A DNA stretch of 64,000 nt from positions 988-64,987 of the forward strand of contig CAKQOW010000004.1 in the NCBI GenBank assembly GCA_934256595.1. The letters run 5' to 3'. Both the position numbers and the translations under genes were made by a program. The notes under the pieces are model-generated. The model was not told the origin of the DNA, searched no databases, and saw nothing but the letters and a program-made list of their open reading frames with translations. The DNA comes from an uncultured Clostridia bacterium (GTDB lineage Bacteria > Bacillota > Clostridia > Peptostreptococcales > Anaerovoracaceae). Shown one piece after another: positions 36,533 to 46,555 of this stretch. Positions within the stretch are counted from its first letter, which is position 1, and each line of letters begins with the position of its first letter.

Positions 36533-38083
36533 ATGACTAAAGAAAAGAATGTAGCGGCATCTGAGCCTCAAGAACTAAAAAGAGGTATTAAAGGCTGGCA
36601 GGTGGCATTCATAGGCTTAGGCGGAGTAATCGGCTCGTGTTACTTCCTGGGAGTAGGCTGGACCATTCAGGTAATGGGTCCTTCAGTATTCTTCGCGTTT
36701 GCAGTAGTAGGCGTAATTGTATTCGGTCTTATGATTTCATACGCTGAGCTGCTTGTAAATCTGCCGCGAAAAGGCACCTTTGTAGCTTACACCAATGAGT
36801 TTTTGGGACCTACGCTTTCGGTCGGGATGGGATGGTCGTTCTGGTTTAACTGGGTATGTTACTGTCCATCGGAGGCTATTGCAGTTTCGTATGTATTGCA
36901 GGAGCTGACAGGAAACAACAGTCCGGTCGCATATGTGGCGTTTGCGCTTGGTACAATGGCAGCTCTGACAATAATCAATCTTTGCTCAGTAGATATATTT
37001 GCTAAGATTGAATCCGGTCTGGCTATCACAAAAGTTATCATCATTATATTATTTATCTTAATAGCATTCGGTATTTGGATCGGTATCTGGGGCAACCCTA
37101 ACGGCGAGCTTGTAGGTAAGGTTGAAGAAGGCTTCAAGGGTATGGGCGTTAACTTCGGAAGCGGAGACTTATATCACGATCTGTTCCCTAACGGCTTTGG
37201 CGTAGTGCTTGTACTGATGACTGTAGTACTGGTAACTTTCCAGGGTACAGAAATCGTAGGTCTGTCGGCAGCAGAGTCACAGAACCCTGATGTTGCGGTT
37301 CCAAGAGCTTGCAGAAGCGTTACATATCGTATTGTAGGACTTTACCTTGTTCCTATTCTTCTCGTACTGCTTGTATTCCCTACAGCTTGGGCAACAGACG
37401 AAAGACCTGTATTTGCAGATGTAATGAGTGCATACGGATTTGACGGATTTGCATATGTATTCCTTGCAGTAGTACTGGTAGCAGCATTCAGCTGTGCTAA
37501 CACAGGTTTCTACGGAACAGTAAGATGTATGTACGGACTTTCAGTTGAAGGTCTTGCACCTAAGTTTTTATCAAAGCTTTCAAAGAACGCAGCTCCTCAG
37601 AGAGCAGTATTATTCACACTTGCATTTATGTGGGTTGTACTTGTTATAGGTCTTATCTCAGAACTTACAGGTTTCTTATCAAATCTGTATGGCAGCCTGT
37701 TATCAATGTCAGGCTTCACAGGTACGCTTGCTTGGGTAGGAATTATCTGGTCACAGAAGAGAATGCGTGTTAGACTTAAGGCAAACGGATATGATCCTGA
37801 AACTTGCCTGAGAGCAAAAGTAAGCAAAGGAATGGGCTGGGTGCCATGGTTTGCAATGTTTGCACAGTTAATCTGTCTGATTATGCTGGCATTCGGTGAT
37901 ATCATTGACCCTGAAGGCAATGCAGGCGGCGGAATTGTTATATTCTCTATAGCAACATCAGCAGTAGTAGTTCCTATGATAGTTTACAGAATACTTAAAT
38001 CAAAAGGTAAGGTTAGAGAAATCGATGCTCTTGGAAAAGGCGAGAAGTCATTCGATGAAACTTTCCCACCACTTAACAAATAG
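36533..38083 (+). CDS. APC-superfamily amino acid permease
   Basis: 516 aa with about 12 TM helices. N-terminal LKRGIKGWQVAFIGLGGVIGSCYF, typical of AA_permease. Confidence 0.85.
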   Translation: MTKEKNVAASEPQELKRGIKGWQVAFIGLGGVIGSCYFLGVGWTIQVMGPSVFFAFAVVGVIVFGLMISYAELLVNLPRKGTFVAYTNEFLGPTLSVGMGWSFWFNWVCYCPSEAIAVSYVLQELTGNNSPVAYVAFALGTMAALTIINLCSVDIFAKIESGLAITKVIIIILFILIAFGIWIGIWGNPNGELVGKVEEGFKGMGVNFGSGDLYHDLFPNGFGVVLVLMTVVLVTFQGTEIVGLSAAESQNPDVAVPRACRSVTYRIVGLYLVPILLVLLVFPTAWATDERPVFADVMSAYGFDGFAYVFLAVVLVAAFSCANTGFYGTVRCMYGLSVEGLAPKFLSKLSKNAAPQRAVLFTLAFMWVVLVIGLISELTGFLSNLYGSLLSMSGFTGTLAWVGIIWSQKRMRVRLKANGYDPETCLRAKVSKGMGWVPWFAMFAQLICLIMLAFGDIIDPEGNAGGGIVIFSIATSAVVVPMIVYRILKSKGKVREIDALGKGEKSFDETFPPLNK

Positions 38084-38233
38084 TATTTGATTATCTAAAC
38101 TCATATGATAACATCGGGCGGGGCAATCGCATCTATGGCGGTTGCCCTGCCTGCGTGTGTAAAAAGAAGTTGCAATAAACGGGTAAATATGGTACTATGC
38201 GAATATATTACAACAAGATTGAGGGTGAATTTT

Positions 38234-38929
38234 TTGGCTAAGAGAGGTAAACAGCCAAGCGGCATATTGACAAGAAAGAAGATGATGAATTCTGCAGTGA
38301 CCCTGTTTCTCGAAAAGGGTTATCATAATACGACTACAGCATCTATATCGAGAAAAGCAGGAATGACCGGCAGTTCATTTTTCAGAGCATTTGAAAACAA
38401 AGAAGCAGTACTCCTGGCGCTGGTTGAGGACATGTTTGACAGCCAGTTTGAAATGGCCAGGTTTGATGATCCGCTGATGGTATATGCGGTGGAGACTTCA
38501 ATTCAGATGAACATTGCTGAGCTTAATGAGTCCCTTAGGGATTTGTATGTAACAGCTTATTCACTGCCTGCAACCTCTGAGTATATATATCGCAGAACCG
38601 CAGACAAGCTCAAACAGCTTTTTAATGAATATATGCCGGAGGCAGATGACAGAGAGTTCTATGAAATGGAGATAGCGTCTGCCGGTATAACCAGAGGCTA
38701 TATGGCTAAAGCCTGCAGCGATGACTTTACCATGGAGATGAAGCTGAGTCGATATATCAGATGCTGTATGAGGCTTTACAGAGTGCCTGAGGATAAAATA
38801 GATCAGGCGATAGAAAAAACTCTTGCCATGGATTTAAAACCTGTGGCAGAGAAGCTCGTAAACGCTGCAATAAGCAGATACAGAGATGCATTTGAAAAAG
38901 TAATCTCAGCCAGACCGGCAAATAAATAG
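38234..38929 (+). CDS. TetR/AcrR family transcriptional regulator (start uncertain; TTG 38234 preferred)
   Basis: HTH ...AVTLFLEKGYHNTTTASISRKAGMTGSSFFRAFENKEA. GAGGGTGA lies 5 nt upstream of the TTG. The track start at 38105 adds an implausible non-homologous 43 aa. Confidence 0.75.
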   Translation: MAKRGKQPSGILTRKKMMNSAVTLFLEKGYHNTTTASISRKAGMTGSSFFRAFENKEAVLLALVEDMFDSQFEMARFDDPLMVYAVETSIQMNIAELNESLRDLYVTAYSLPATSEYIYRRTADKLKQLFNEYMPEADDREFYEMEIASAGITRGYMAKACSDDFTMEMKLSRYIRCCMRLYRVPEDKIDQAIEKTLAMDLKPVAEKLVNAAISRYRDAFEKVISARPANK

Positions 38930-39026
38930 GATATTTACTTGAAGTTCATTTTTTCTCAGGGGCTGCTGCGCTGTAATGGCGCAGTGGTCTTTTGCAATTA
39001 CGACGTTATTGTGATATATTGATTAT

Positions 39027-39143
39027 TACCGCAGAGATAAAAACACAGCTCCGGTTGGTAGTCCGGACGCACCGAATGGTGTCAGTAACCTGCCTCCTTG
39101 GTTGTCCGTTCTCTGCAATCACATAATTAAGGAGGATTTTCTG
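39027..39143 (+). promoter_or_regulatory. Structured 5' leader, candidate yjdF-type riboswitch with an SD-sequestering helix
   Basis: Promoter TTGCAA (38992-38997), 17 nt, TATATT (39015-39020). Hairpins CCGG-ttggtagt-CCGG and CACC-gaat-GGTG. CCTCCTT (39093-39099) is complementary to the SD AAGGAGG (39129-39135). It sits upstream of a YjdF-family gene. Confidence 0.4.
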
Positions 39144-39623
39144 ATGGAAAAGACGACAAGCAGGCTTACAGTTATTTTCGAGGACCCTTTCTGGATAGGG
39201 CTTTATGAACGGCAGACAGGTGCCCGGTATGAAGTTTGCAGAATTGTATTCGGAGCCGAGCCCAGGAACTATGACATTGAGGCGTTTATGAGAAAAAACT
39301 GGCGGAAGCTGAAATTCAGTCCGGCTGTATCCGGCGAAGCTCTAAATGAGCGCAGAGTAAATCCCAAGCGAATGCAGAGGGAGATAAACAGGGCTATGAA
39401 GCAAAAAAGCATCAGCACTAAGGCGCAGCAGGCGATAAACCTTGCAAGAGAGCAAAACAAGCTGGAAAAGAAAAAACGCTCCAGAGAGCAGAAAGAAGCC
39501 GAAAAACAAAAGAAACTTCTGATACATCAGGAAAAGAAAAGACAAAAGCACAGGGGGCCATTAACCTCTGTGCTTGATTCGTTTATATGTTCTGCGCTAT
39601 CAGGCTTCCTATCTGCTCTGTAG
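39144..39623 (+). CDS. yjdF: YjdF / DUF2992 family protein
   Basis: [16 protein letters not shown]..., a basic C-terminal half ([14 protein letters not shown]...[16 protein letters not shown]...KHRG). The ATG at 39144 follows AAGGAGG. The 3' end overlaps convergent leuB by 41 nt. Confidence 0.7.
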   Translation: MEKTTSRLTVIFEDPFWIGLYERQTGARYEVCRIVFGAEPRNYDIEAFMRKNWRKLKFSPAVSGEALNERRVNPKRMQREINRAMKQKSISTKAQQAINLAREQNKLEKKKRSREQKEAEKQKKLLIHQEKKRQKHRGPLTSVLDSFICSALSGFLSAL

Positions 39624-40653
39624 TGGCAGGAAGTTTGCCCTCAGACATTATATCAGGAGTTCTGTAGCCTGCGGCAAGTGTTTTCTTGACAGCGTTTTCG
39701 ATAGCATCAGCCTCGTCTGACAGACCGAATGTGTATTTGAGCATCATAGCCGCCGACAGGATTGTAGCCATAGGGTTTGCCTTGCCGGTGCCTGCAATAT
39801 CAGGCGCAGAGCCGTGAACAGGCTCATACATGCCGAAATTACCCTCTGCAAGAGAAGCCGACGGAAGCATTCCGAGAGATCCTGTAATCATACTTGCCTC
39901 ATCAGAGAGGATATCTCCGAAAATATTGCTTGTAACAATTACGTCAAACTGCTTCGGGTTATATACAAGCTGCATTGCTGTATTATCCACATAGAAATTC
40001 TCAAGCTCAACTTCAGGATATTCTTTTGCAACCTCTGCTACTGTTTTTCTCCAGAGTCTGCTGCTTTCAAGCACATTGGCCTTGTCAACGCTTGTAACTT
40101 TTTTGTTTCTCTTCATTGCCATATCAAAGGCAACCTTTGCTATTCTTCTTACTTCACCCTCTGAATACTGCTCTATGTCATAGGCTGCCCTGCCCATATC
40201 TGTATCTTTATAGCCCCTTTCGCCAAAGTATATACCACCTGTAAGCTCTCTGACTACCAGCAGATCAAGACCGCCTTCGACCTTTTCAGGTCTGATAGGG
40301 CAGGCGTCCTTGAGCTCATCAAACATTATTGCAGGGCGCAGATTTGCAAACAGTCCCAGCTCTTTTCTGATTCCGAGAAGCGCTCTTTCGGGCCTTTTGT
40401 CGCCGGGCAGGGAATCCCATTTGGGACCGCCGACAGCGCCCAGCAGCACTGCATCGCTTTTTTTGGCAATATCTATTGTTTCCTGCGGCAGACATTCGCC
40501 TGCAGCATCTATTGCAGCGCCGCCTGCAAGAACCTGTGTATAATTAAATTCGTGACCGTATTTGCTGCCTACGGCATCGAGAACCTTAATCGCCTCGTTT
40601 ATAACCTCGGGGCCTATGCCGTCGCCGGGTATTACAGCTATATTGTATTTCAT
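39583..40653 (-). CDS. leuB: 3-isopropylmalate dehydrogenase
   Basis: [22 protein letters not shown]-type ([12 protein letters not shown]), GSAPDIAG. Confidence 0.95.
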   Translation of the reverse strand: MKYNIAVIPGDGIGPEVINEAIKVLDAVGSKYGHEFNYTQVLAGGAAIDAAGECLPQETIDIAKKSDAVLLGAVGGPKWDSLPGDKRPERALLGIRKELGLFANLRPAIMFDELKDACPIRPEKVEGGLDLLVVRELTGGIYFGERGYKDTDMGRAAYDIEQYSEGEVRRIAKVAFDMAMKRNKKVTSVDKANVLESSRLWRKTVAEVAKEYPEVELENFYVDNTAMQLVYNPKQFDVIVTSNIFGDILSDEASMITGSLGMLPSASLAEGNFGMYEPVHGSAPDIAGTGKANPMATILSAAMMLKYTFGLSDEADAIENAVKKTLAAGYRTPDIMSEGKLPATTEQIGSLIAQNI

Positions 40654-40662
40654 AATATCCTC

Positions 40663-41142
40663 CTACTTGATGGAATTAAGCAGTCCGCCTGATTTAATAA
40701 TATTATTTATAAATTCAGGGAACGGCATTGCCTTGTATTCAGTGCCTTTAGTTATATCCTTTATGGTTCCTGTTTCAAAATCCACCGAAACCTCATCGCC
40801 TGCTTCGATAGCTTCTGCTGCTTCAGGACATTCTAAAATGGCAAGTCCGATATTGATGGAGTTCCTGTAAAAAATTCTCGCAAAGGATTTAGCTATAACG
40901 CAGGAAATGCCTGACTCTTTAATAGCGATAGGGGCGTGCTCTCTTGATGAGCCGCAGCCGAAGTTCCAGCCTGCAACCATAATATCGCCTGATTTAACCT
41001 TGTTTACAAACTCACTGTCTATATCCTCCATACAGTGGGATGCAAGCTCCCTGTGGTCTGCTGTATTTAAATGTCTTGCAGGGATTATTACATCTGTATC
41101 CACATTATCTCCGTATTTATGAACAAAACCTTGTGCTTTCAT
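40663..41142 (-). CDS. leuD: 3-isopropylmalate dehydratase small subunit
   Basis: [31 protein letters not shown]. The ATG at 41142 is preceded by AAGGAGG. The longer track ORF overlaps leuC. Confidence 0.92.
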   Translation of the reverse strand: MKAQGFVHKYGDNVDTDVIIPARHLNTADHRELASHCMEDIDSEFVNKVKSGDIMVAGWNFGCGSSREHAPIAIKESGISCVIAKSFARIFYRNSINIGLAILECPEAAEAIEAGDEVSVDFETGTIKDITKGTEYKAMPFPEFINNIIKSGGLLNSIK

Positions 41143-41144
41143 TG

Positions 41145-42407
41145 CTACATTACCTCCTTGGGATCTGAGATTTTTCCTGTTACTGCTGATGCAGCGGCTA
41201 CTGCGGGACTTGCAAGATATACCTCTGACTCGGTATGTCCCATTCTGCCTACAAAGTTTCTGTTGGTGGTTGCAACGCAGCGTTCGCCCTCTGCCAGAAT
41301 ACCCATATGTCCGCCAAGACATGGTCCGCATGTAGGAGTCGATACAACGCAGCCTGCATCAATGAATATGTCAAGATAGCCCTTTGCTATACATTCCTTG
41401 TATATCTTCTGTGTTGCAGGAATTATGATACATCTCACATCTCTTGCAACTGTTTTGCCTTTAAGGATTTCGGCTGCCGTAGCCATATCTTCAATTCTGC
41501 CGTTGGTGCAGGAGCCGATTACAACCTGATCTATTTTAACATCGCCCACATTGTCTATTGTCTTTGTGTTTTCCGGCAGGTGAGGGAATGAAACTGTTGA
41601 CTTAAGCGCGGATAAATCAATTGTTACAGTCTGCTCATACTCTGCGTCATCATCGGGAGCATAGACCTTGTATTCTCCGTTTACTCTGCCTTTCATATAG
41701 TTTTCGGTGACCTCATCAACCATGAATATACCGTTTTTGGCGCCGGCCTCTATAGCCATATTTGCGATGCAGAGTCTGTCGTCCATTGAAAGTGAGGACA
41801 GACCCTCGCCCATAAATTCTAGGGATTTGTAAAGCGCGCCGTCAACGCCGATAGTTCCGATAAGGTGCAGGATTACGTCCTTGCCCGAAACATATTTATT
41901 GAGTTTGCCTTTGAGCTCTACTTTGATTGCGGACGGAACCTTAAACCATGCGGTGCCTCTGGCCATGCCTGCTGCCATATCTGTAGAGCCTACGCCTGTT
42001 GAGAATGCTCCGAGAGCCCCGTATGTACAGGTATGGGAGTCTGCTCCGATAATGCAGTCGCCTGCCTTGACAAGACCAAGCTCGGGAAGCAGGGCATGCT
42101 CAATACCCATATTGCCTACATCATAGAAATTAACTATTTCGTGTTTCCTTGCAAATATTCTTGTCTGCATACACTGCTGCGCAGCCTTGATGTCCTTGTT
42201 AGGTGTGAAATGGTCCATTACAAGAGATATCTTTGATTTGTCGAAAACCTCGGTAAAGCCTGCTTTTTCAAATTCGTTTATTGCAACGGGAGCAGTAATG
42301 TCGTTTGCCAGAACCATATCAAGCTTTGCATCAATAAGCTGTCCGGCCTTGACCTGATCAAGCCCTGCGTGTGCAGCAAGAATTTTTTGTGTCATTGTCA
42401 TTCCCAT
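41145..42407 (-). CDS. leuC: 3-isopropylmalate dehydratase large subunit
   Basis: [33 protein letters not shown]. The ATG at 42407 is preceded by AAGGAGGAA. Confidence 0.93.
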   Translation of the reverse strand: MGMTMTQKILAAHAGLDQVKAGQLIDAKLDMVLANDITAPVAINEFEKAGFTEVFDKSKISLVMDHFTPNKDIKAAQQCMQTRIFARKHEIVNFYDVGNMGIEHALLPELGLVKAGDCIIGADSHTCTYGALGAFSTGVGSTDMAAGMARGTAWFKVPSAIKVELKGKLNKYVSGKDVILHLIGTIGVDGALYKSLEFMGEGLSSLSMDDRLCIANMAIEAGAKNGIFMVDEVTENYMKGRVNGEYKVYAPDDDAEYEQTVTIDLSALKSTVSFPHLPENTKTIDNVGDVKIDQVVIGSCTNGRIEDMATAAEILKGKTVARDVRCIIIPATQKIYKECIAKGYLDIFIDAGCVVSTPTCGPCLGGHMGILAEGERCVATTNRNFVGRMGHTESEVYLASPAVAAASAVTGKISDPKEVM

Positions 42408-42423
42408 AATAATTTCCTCCTTG

Positions 42424-44115
42424 TTAGAATGCCCTGTTGATAGCGCTGATAAGAGCATTTATAGATGCATAGATAATATCGTTGTGTATGCCTACGCCCC
42501 AGAATGTTTCTCCGTTTCTGGAGATTGCAACATATGATGCGGCTCTTGAGTTTGATTCTGATTCAAGGGCATGCTCGTGATATGTTATGAATTCGTATTC
42601 CAGACTGTAGTGGCTGCTTCTGAGAGCTGTAGTAACGGCGTCGAGTCTGCCGTTTCCCTCGCCCTTGAGTGAGTGATGCTCTCCGTAGATGGTAGCCTCT
42701 ATGCTTACCTTCATTATATCATTTTCTCCTCTGGAGAAGGTAGCATCTTCTATGCTGATTTTGTCTTTTCTGTTGACGTACTGCTGCTGGAATATCCTGT
42801 GAATTTCAGCAGGGGACAGCTCCTTGTGAGCTTCGTCTGATATATGCTTCATCAGATAGCCGATTTCCTCTCTCATCTTCTTAGGAATATCGTATCCGTA
42901 GTTTGTTTCAAGTACATAGGCCACGCCGCCCTTGCCGGACTGGCTGTTTATTCTGATTACATCGGCCTCGTATTCTCTGCCTACATCATGCGGATCTATC
43001 AGCAGATATGGACACGACCACTTGTCAGGGTGATTTGCTTCGATGTGGTGCATTCCCTTGGCAATAGCGTCCTGATGTGAGCCGGAGAATGCGGCGAATA
43101 CCAGGCTGCCGCCGTAAGGCTGACGAGGGCTGACCTTGAGGTCTGTGAATTTTTCATACATTTCAACTACCTTAGGCATATCAGAAAAGTCAAGCTGCGG
43201 GTCTACTCCGTGTGAAAACAGGTTCATAGCTACTGTAAGTATATCGGCGTTGCCTGTACGTTCGCCGTTTCCAAACAGTGTGCCCTCAACTCTGTCGCCG
43301 CCTGCCAGCATGCCAAGCTCGCAGTCTGCAACTGCAGTGCCTCTGTCGTTGTGAGGGTGCAGTGATACGATTACGTTTTCTCTGCAGTGGAGGTTCTTGC
43401 TCATATATTCAACCTGTGAGGCATATACATGCGGCATTGACATCTCAACTGTTGCCGGAAGATTGATTATTGTTTTTCTTGCGGGACTCGGCTGCCAGAT
43501 GTCGATAACGGCATTGCATACCTCAAGTGCGTAATCAACTTCTGTGCCTGTGAAGCTTTCAGGGGAATACTCGAATGTGAAGTGTGTGTCTCCCGGGAAG
43601 CTGTCGGCATATTTTTTGACAAGCTCTGCTCCGTCTGTCGCTATTTTTTTGATTTCGTCCTTTGACTTTCTGAAAACCTGCTCTCTCTGCGCCACAGAGG
43701 TGGAGTTGTACAGGTGAACTATTGCGTTTTTGACACCCTCAAGGGATTTGAAAGTCTTGTCGATTATGTGCTCTCTGGACTGTGTCAGCACCTGTATGGT
43801 TACATCATCGGGTATCAGGTCTTTTTCTATTAAAGTACGAAGAAATTCATATTCTGTTTCAGAGGCTGCAGGGAAGCCCACTTCTATTTCCTTGAAGCCG
43901 AGCTGGCACAGATATTCAAAGAATTCCAGCTTCTCTTCAAGACTCATGGGAACTATCAGTGCCTGGTTGCCGTCACGCAGATCTACGCTGCACCAGATAG
44001 GCGGCTTGTCCGCATGGTCCTTTGTGACCCAGTCATATGACGGGACGGGAGGCATAAAATAGCCAACCTCGTATTTAGTATGATTTTTCATTCCTTTGAT
44101 GTTTTCGCTTGCCAT
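42424..44115 (-). CDS. leuA: 2-isopropylmalate synthase (long form with C-terminal regulatory domain)
   Basis: [22 protein letters not shown]. 563 aa. Confidence 0.93.
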   Translation of the reverse strand: MASENIKGMKNHTKYEVGYFMPPVPSYDWVTKDHADKPPIWCSVDLRDGNQALIVPMSLEEKLEFFEYLCQLGFKEIEVGFPAASETEYEFLRTLIEKDLIPDDVTIQVLTQSREHIIDKTFKSLEGVKNAIVHLYNSTSVAQREQVFRKSKDEIKKIATDGAELVKKYADSFPGDTHFTFEYSPESFTGTEVDYALEVCNAVIDIWQPSPARKTIINLPATVEMSMPHVYASQVEYMSKNLHCRENVIVSLHPHNDRGTAVADCELGMLAGGDRVEGTLFGNGERTGNADILTVAMNLFSHGVDPQLDFSDMPKVVEMYEKFTDLKVSPRQPYGGSLVFAAFSGSHQDAIAKGMHHIEANHPDKWSCPYLLIDPHDVGREYEADVIRINSQSGKGGVAYVLETNYGYDIPKKMREEIGYLMKHISDEAHKELSPAEIHRIFQQQYVNRKDKISIEDATFSRGENDIMKVSIEATIYGEHHSLKGEGNGRLDAVTTALRSSHYSLEYEFITYHEHALESESNSRAASYVAISRNGETFWGVGIHNDIIYASINALISAINRAF

Positions 44116-44134
44116 AGTAAAAAGTCCTTTCGTA

Positions 44135-44179
44135 TAAAAACAAAAGCCCTGTTCCCAACATTAAATCAGAAACAAGGCT
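44135..44179 (-). terminator. Intrinsic terminator (attenuator) in the leu operon leader
   Basis: On the minus strand AGCCTTGTTTC pairs with GGAACAGGGCT (11 bp, 2 G-U pairs), followed by TTTGTTTTT. It ends 20 nt upstream of the leuA ATG. Confidence 0.6.
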
Positions 44180-44241
44180 GAATGTATAATAAAATATAAA
44201 GAGAATCTTAAAAAGTGTTGAGAATATCTAATGCTATATAA

Positions 44242-44280
44242 TTATGAATCACAAGTGAGGCATAAGAGTAGTAATAACAT
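44242..44280 (-). CDS. 12-aa Leu-rich leader peptide MLLLLLCLTCDS
   Basis: AAAGGAGAA SD 7 nt upstream. Six Leu codons (TTA TTA CTA CTC TTA ... CTC). It lies between the promoter and the terminator upstream of leuA. Confidence 0.55.
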   Translation of the reverse strand: MLLLLLCLTCDS

Positions 44281-44313
44281 TAAATTTCTCCTTTCTTCTT
44301 AACTGATACGACT

Positions 44314-44342
44314 ATTCTATACCGTTTTGTCCGGTAAGTCAA
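44314..44342 (-). promoter_or_regulatory. leu operon promoter
   Basis: On the minus strand TTGACT (44342-44337), 17 nt, TAGAAT (44319-44314). Confidence 0.6.
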
Positions 44343-44400
44343 TAAGTTTTTGTGAAAAAACACAATATTTTTTGTGCTGATATATTATACGGCAACAAAA

Positions 44401-44832
44401 TTACATATTGTCAATGTCCGCCGGAGTCAGAATTCGTATTTTTTCAGATTCAAGCAGGTTTTCCACTTCCGAAGCGTCATCAACTCTGACAACAAGATAA
44501 GCCTTGTTTTCTGTGCGGGTGAGAAAAGCGTACATGTATTCCATATTTATACCTCTTTCGGCAAACAGCCTGACTATCTCGGCAAGACCGCCGGGCCTGT
44601 CGTTTATCTCAACGCCTACAACATCGTTGATGGTTGCGACAAATCCGTTTTTTTCAAGCAGCGCCTTTGCTTTATGGGGATCTCTGACGATCAGGCGCAG
44701 TATTCCGAATTCGCTTGTGTCAGCAATAGACAGCGCCCTTATATCTATACCCGCTTTTGCAAGTATATCTGTTATTTCTCTTAATTTTCCTTCTTTGTTT
44801 TCGACGAAAACCGATAACTGTTTAATAGCCAT
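44401..44832 (-). CDS. ACT domain-containing protein (two ACT repeats)
   Basis: LSVFVENKEGKLREITDILAKAGIDIRALSIADT... and a second repeat VGVEINDRPGGLAEIVRLFAERGINMEYMYAF. Confidence 0.85.
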   Translation of the reverse strand: MAIKQLSVFVENKEGKLREITDILAKAGIDIRALSIADTSEFGILRLIVRDPHKAKALLEKNGFVATINDVVGVEINDRPGGLAEIVRLFAERGINMEYMYAFLTRTENKAYLVVRVDDASEVENLLESEKIRILTPADIDNM

Positions 44833-44843
44833 TGCTTTACCTC

Positions 44844-46148
44844 CTAATCGTGAAGTTTTCTTTTATCAATTACTCTGACAGCCTTGCCCTCGCTTCTTGC
44901 GATTGTTTTAGGCGTAACAAGATGCACATCGGGGCTGATACCCAGGATGCCTTTGATTGCAGATGCAAGTTTTTTCTCGCGGGCTGTTATTTCTCTGACT
45001 GTATCCGAGAACTGTCCGGCACTGAGCTCTACATTGATATCAAAGGTGTCGGTGTTTTTAACTCTGTCAAGCACGATCTGATAGTTAGGAGTGTAACCTT
45101 CGTTCAGCAGAACAGTTTCGATCTGTGAAGGGAAGACGTTTACCCCCCTTATAATCATCATATCGTCGCTCCTGCCAAGCGGTTTGGACATTTTGATGAA
45201 AGTTCTGCCGCAGGAGCATTTTTTCCTGCTCAATACGCACAGGTCTCTTGTACGGTATCTGAGCAGAGGGAAAGCCTCCTTGTCAAGTGATGTGAAGACA
45301 AGCTCGCCGACACTGCCTTCGGGAAGCACTTCGCCTGTATCGGGATCTATAATTTCGGCAAGGAAGTGGTCCTCGTTTATATGCATGCCGTTTTGCTCGC
45401 AGCACTCAAATGCAACGCCGGGACCGCTTGTTTCTGTAAGTCCGTATATATCATAAGCTTTGATTCCGAGGCTTTTTTCTATGGAATGTCTCATTTCCTC
45501 AGTCCATGGCTCAGCTCCGAAAATACCTGCCTTGAGAGTGTTGTTTTTAATACCCTTTTCCTCCATGCTTTCAGCTATATATGCGGCATATGAAGGGGTG
45601 CAGCACAGAATTGTTGACTGCATATCATTCATGAACTGTATCTGCCTGTCTGTATTGCCTGATGACATGGGGAGTGTCAGACAGCCTACTTTATGTGAGC
45701 CTCCGTCAAGTCCGGCGCCGCCTGTAAACAGACCGTAGCCGTAGCATACATGGCATACGTCATCTCCGGAGCCGCCTGCTGCCACAATAGCCCTTGCGCA
45801 GCAGTCCTCCCATAAATCTATATCATGCTGTGTATAGAATGCGACCACACGTCTGCCTGTTGTGCCTGAGGTTGAGTGAATTCTGACGCAGTCTGATTTT
45901 GGTACTGCCAGCATTCCGTCAGGGTAGCTATCCCTGAGATCGGCTTTGGAAATGAAAGGCAGCTTGTGAAGATCCTCAATCCCTCTTATATCTTCAGGTC
46001 TGACGCCTTTTTCGTCCATAAGGTTTCTGTAATACGGAACATTGCTGTATACATGCTGCACCTGTTTTACGAGTTTCTGTGACTGAAGCTTTCTGATTTC
46101 CTCTACAGGCATTGTTTCAGCCTGCTTCTGATAGTAATTGTTGGTCAT
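44844..46148 (-). CDS. paaK: Phenylacetate--CoA ligase family protein
   Basis: HSTSGTTGRRVV (AMP-binding). 434 aa. PaaK-type C-terminal domain. Followed by the ACT protein, as is common for this family. Confidence 0.88.
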   Translation of the reverse strand: MTNNYYQKQAETMPVEEIRKLQSQKLVKQVQHVYSNVPYYRNLMDEKGVRPEDIRGIEDLHKLPFISKADLRDSYPDGMLAVPKSDCVRIHSTSGTTGRRVVAFYTQHDIDLWEDCCARAIVAAGGSGDDVCHVCYGYGLFTGGAGLDGGSHKVGCLTLPMSSGNTDRQIQFMNDMQSTILCCTPSYAAYIAESMEEKGIKNNTLKAGIFGAEPWTEEMRHSIEKSLGIKAYDIYGLTETSGPGVAFECCEQNGMHINEDHFLAEIIDPDTGEVLPEGSVGELVFTSLDKEAFPLLRYRTRDLCVLSRKKCSCGRTFIKMSKPLGRSDDMMIIRGVNVFPSQIETVLLNEGYTPNYQIVLDRVKNTDTFDINVELSAGQFSDTVREITAREKKLASAIKGILGISPDVHLVTPKTIARSEGKAVRVIDKRKLHD

Positions 46149-46452
46149 ATTTAGTCTCCTTTTTTGAATTTGAGGGCGAAAACATAAAAACCCTCTGCTG
46201 TTGATTGCAGAGGGTGAAATATTTCACGGTACCACCTCAGTTCATCATTGCCTCACGACAATGACCTTTGCGGGCACTATCATGCCCTGACAGGTAACGG
46301 CTGTCTGCCGGCGGCGCCTACAAGCGTTTGCCTTCAGCGTGCATCTGTTCGGAAGGAATTCGGTTAATGTCCGCCTGCTGCCTCTCACCTGCCGCAGCTC
46401 TCTGTAAGGTTTGTCCTAACTTACTGGTTTCCGGTCATCGATTTTGAATTAC
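46149..46452 (-). promoter_or_regulatory. T-box leader (candidate Phe UUC specifier)
   Basis: Features on the minus strand are as follows. Promoter TTGACT (46487-46482), 17 nt, TATAAT (46464-46459). Stem I elements GATGA...AGTA, AGAGAG and GGTGAGA. A specifier-loop-like GAA-UUC-C (UUC at 46358-46356). T-box sequence GAGGTGGTACCGTG (46238-46225). Terminator CCCTCTGC-aatcaaca-GCAGAGGG-TTTTT (46214-46186). Confidence 0.8.
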
Positions 46453-46555
46453 AGTTAGATTATACACAGAGGGTATATTAAAGTCAAGAAAAATTATTGA
46501 TTTATAACAAAAAATCTGATATAACATAGGTATACAACACAAAAAGAAAGAAGAG

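Noticed and set aside
44374-44878. Plus-strand ORFs (136 and 124 aa) overlapping the ACT-domain gene
   Set aside because: They are antisense to a gene with two clear ACT repeats that is co-oriented and closely spaced with paaK. They have no SD.
46355-46361. The GAATTC palindrome in the paaK leader as a restriction or methylation-related signal
   Set aside because: A single 6-bp palindrome is expected by chance. Its relevance is only as part of the putative T-box specifier loop.
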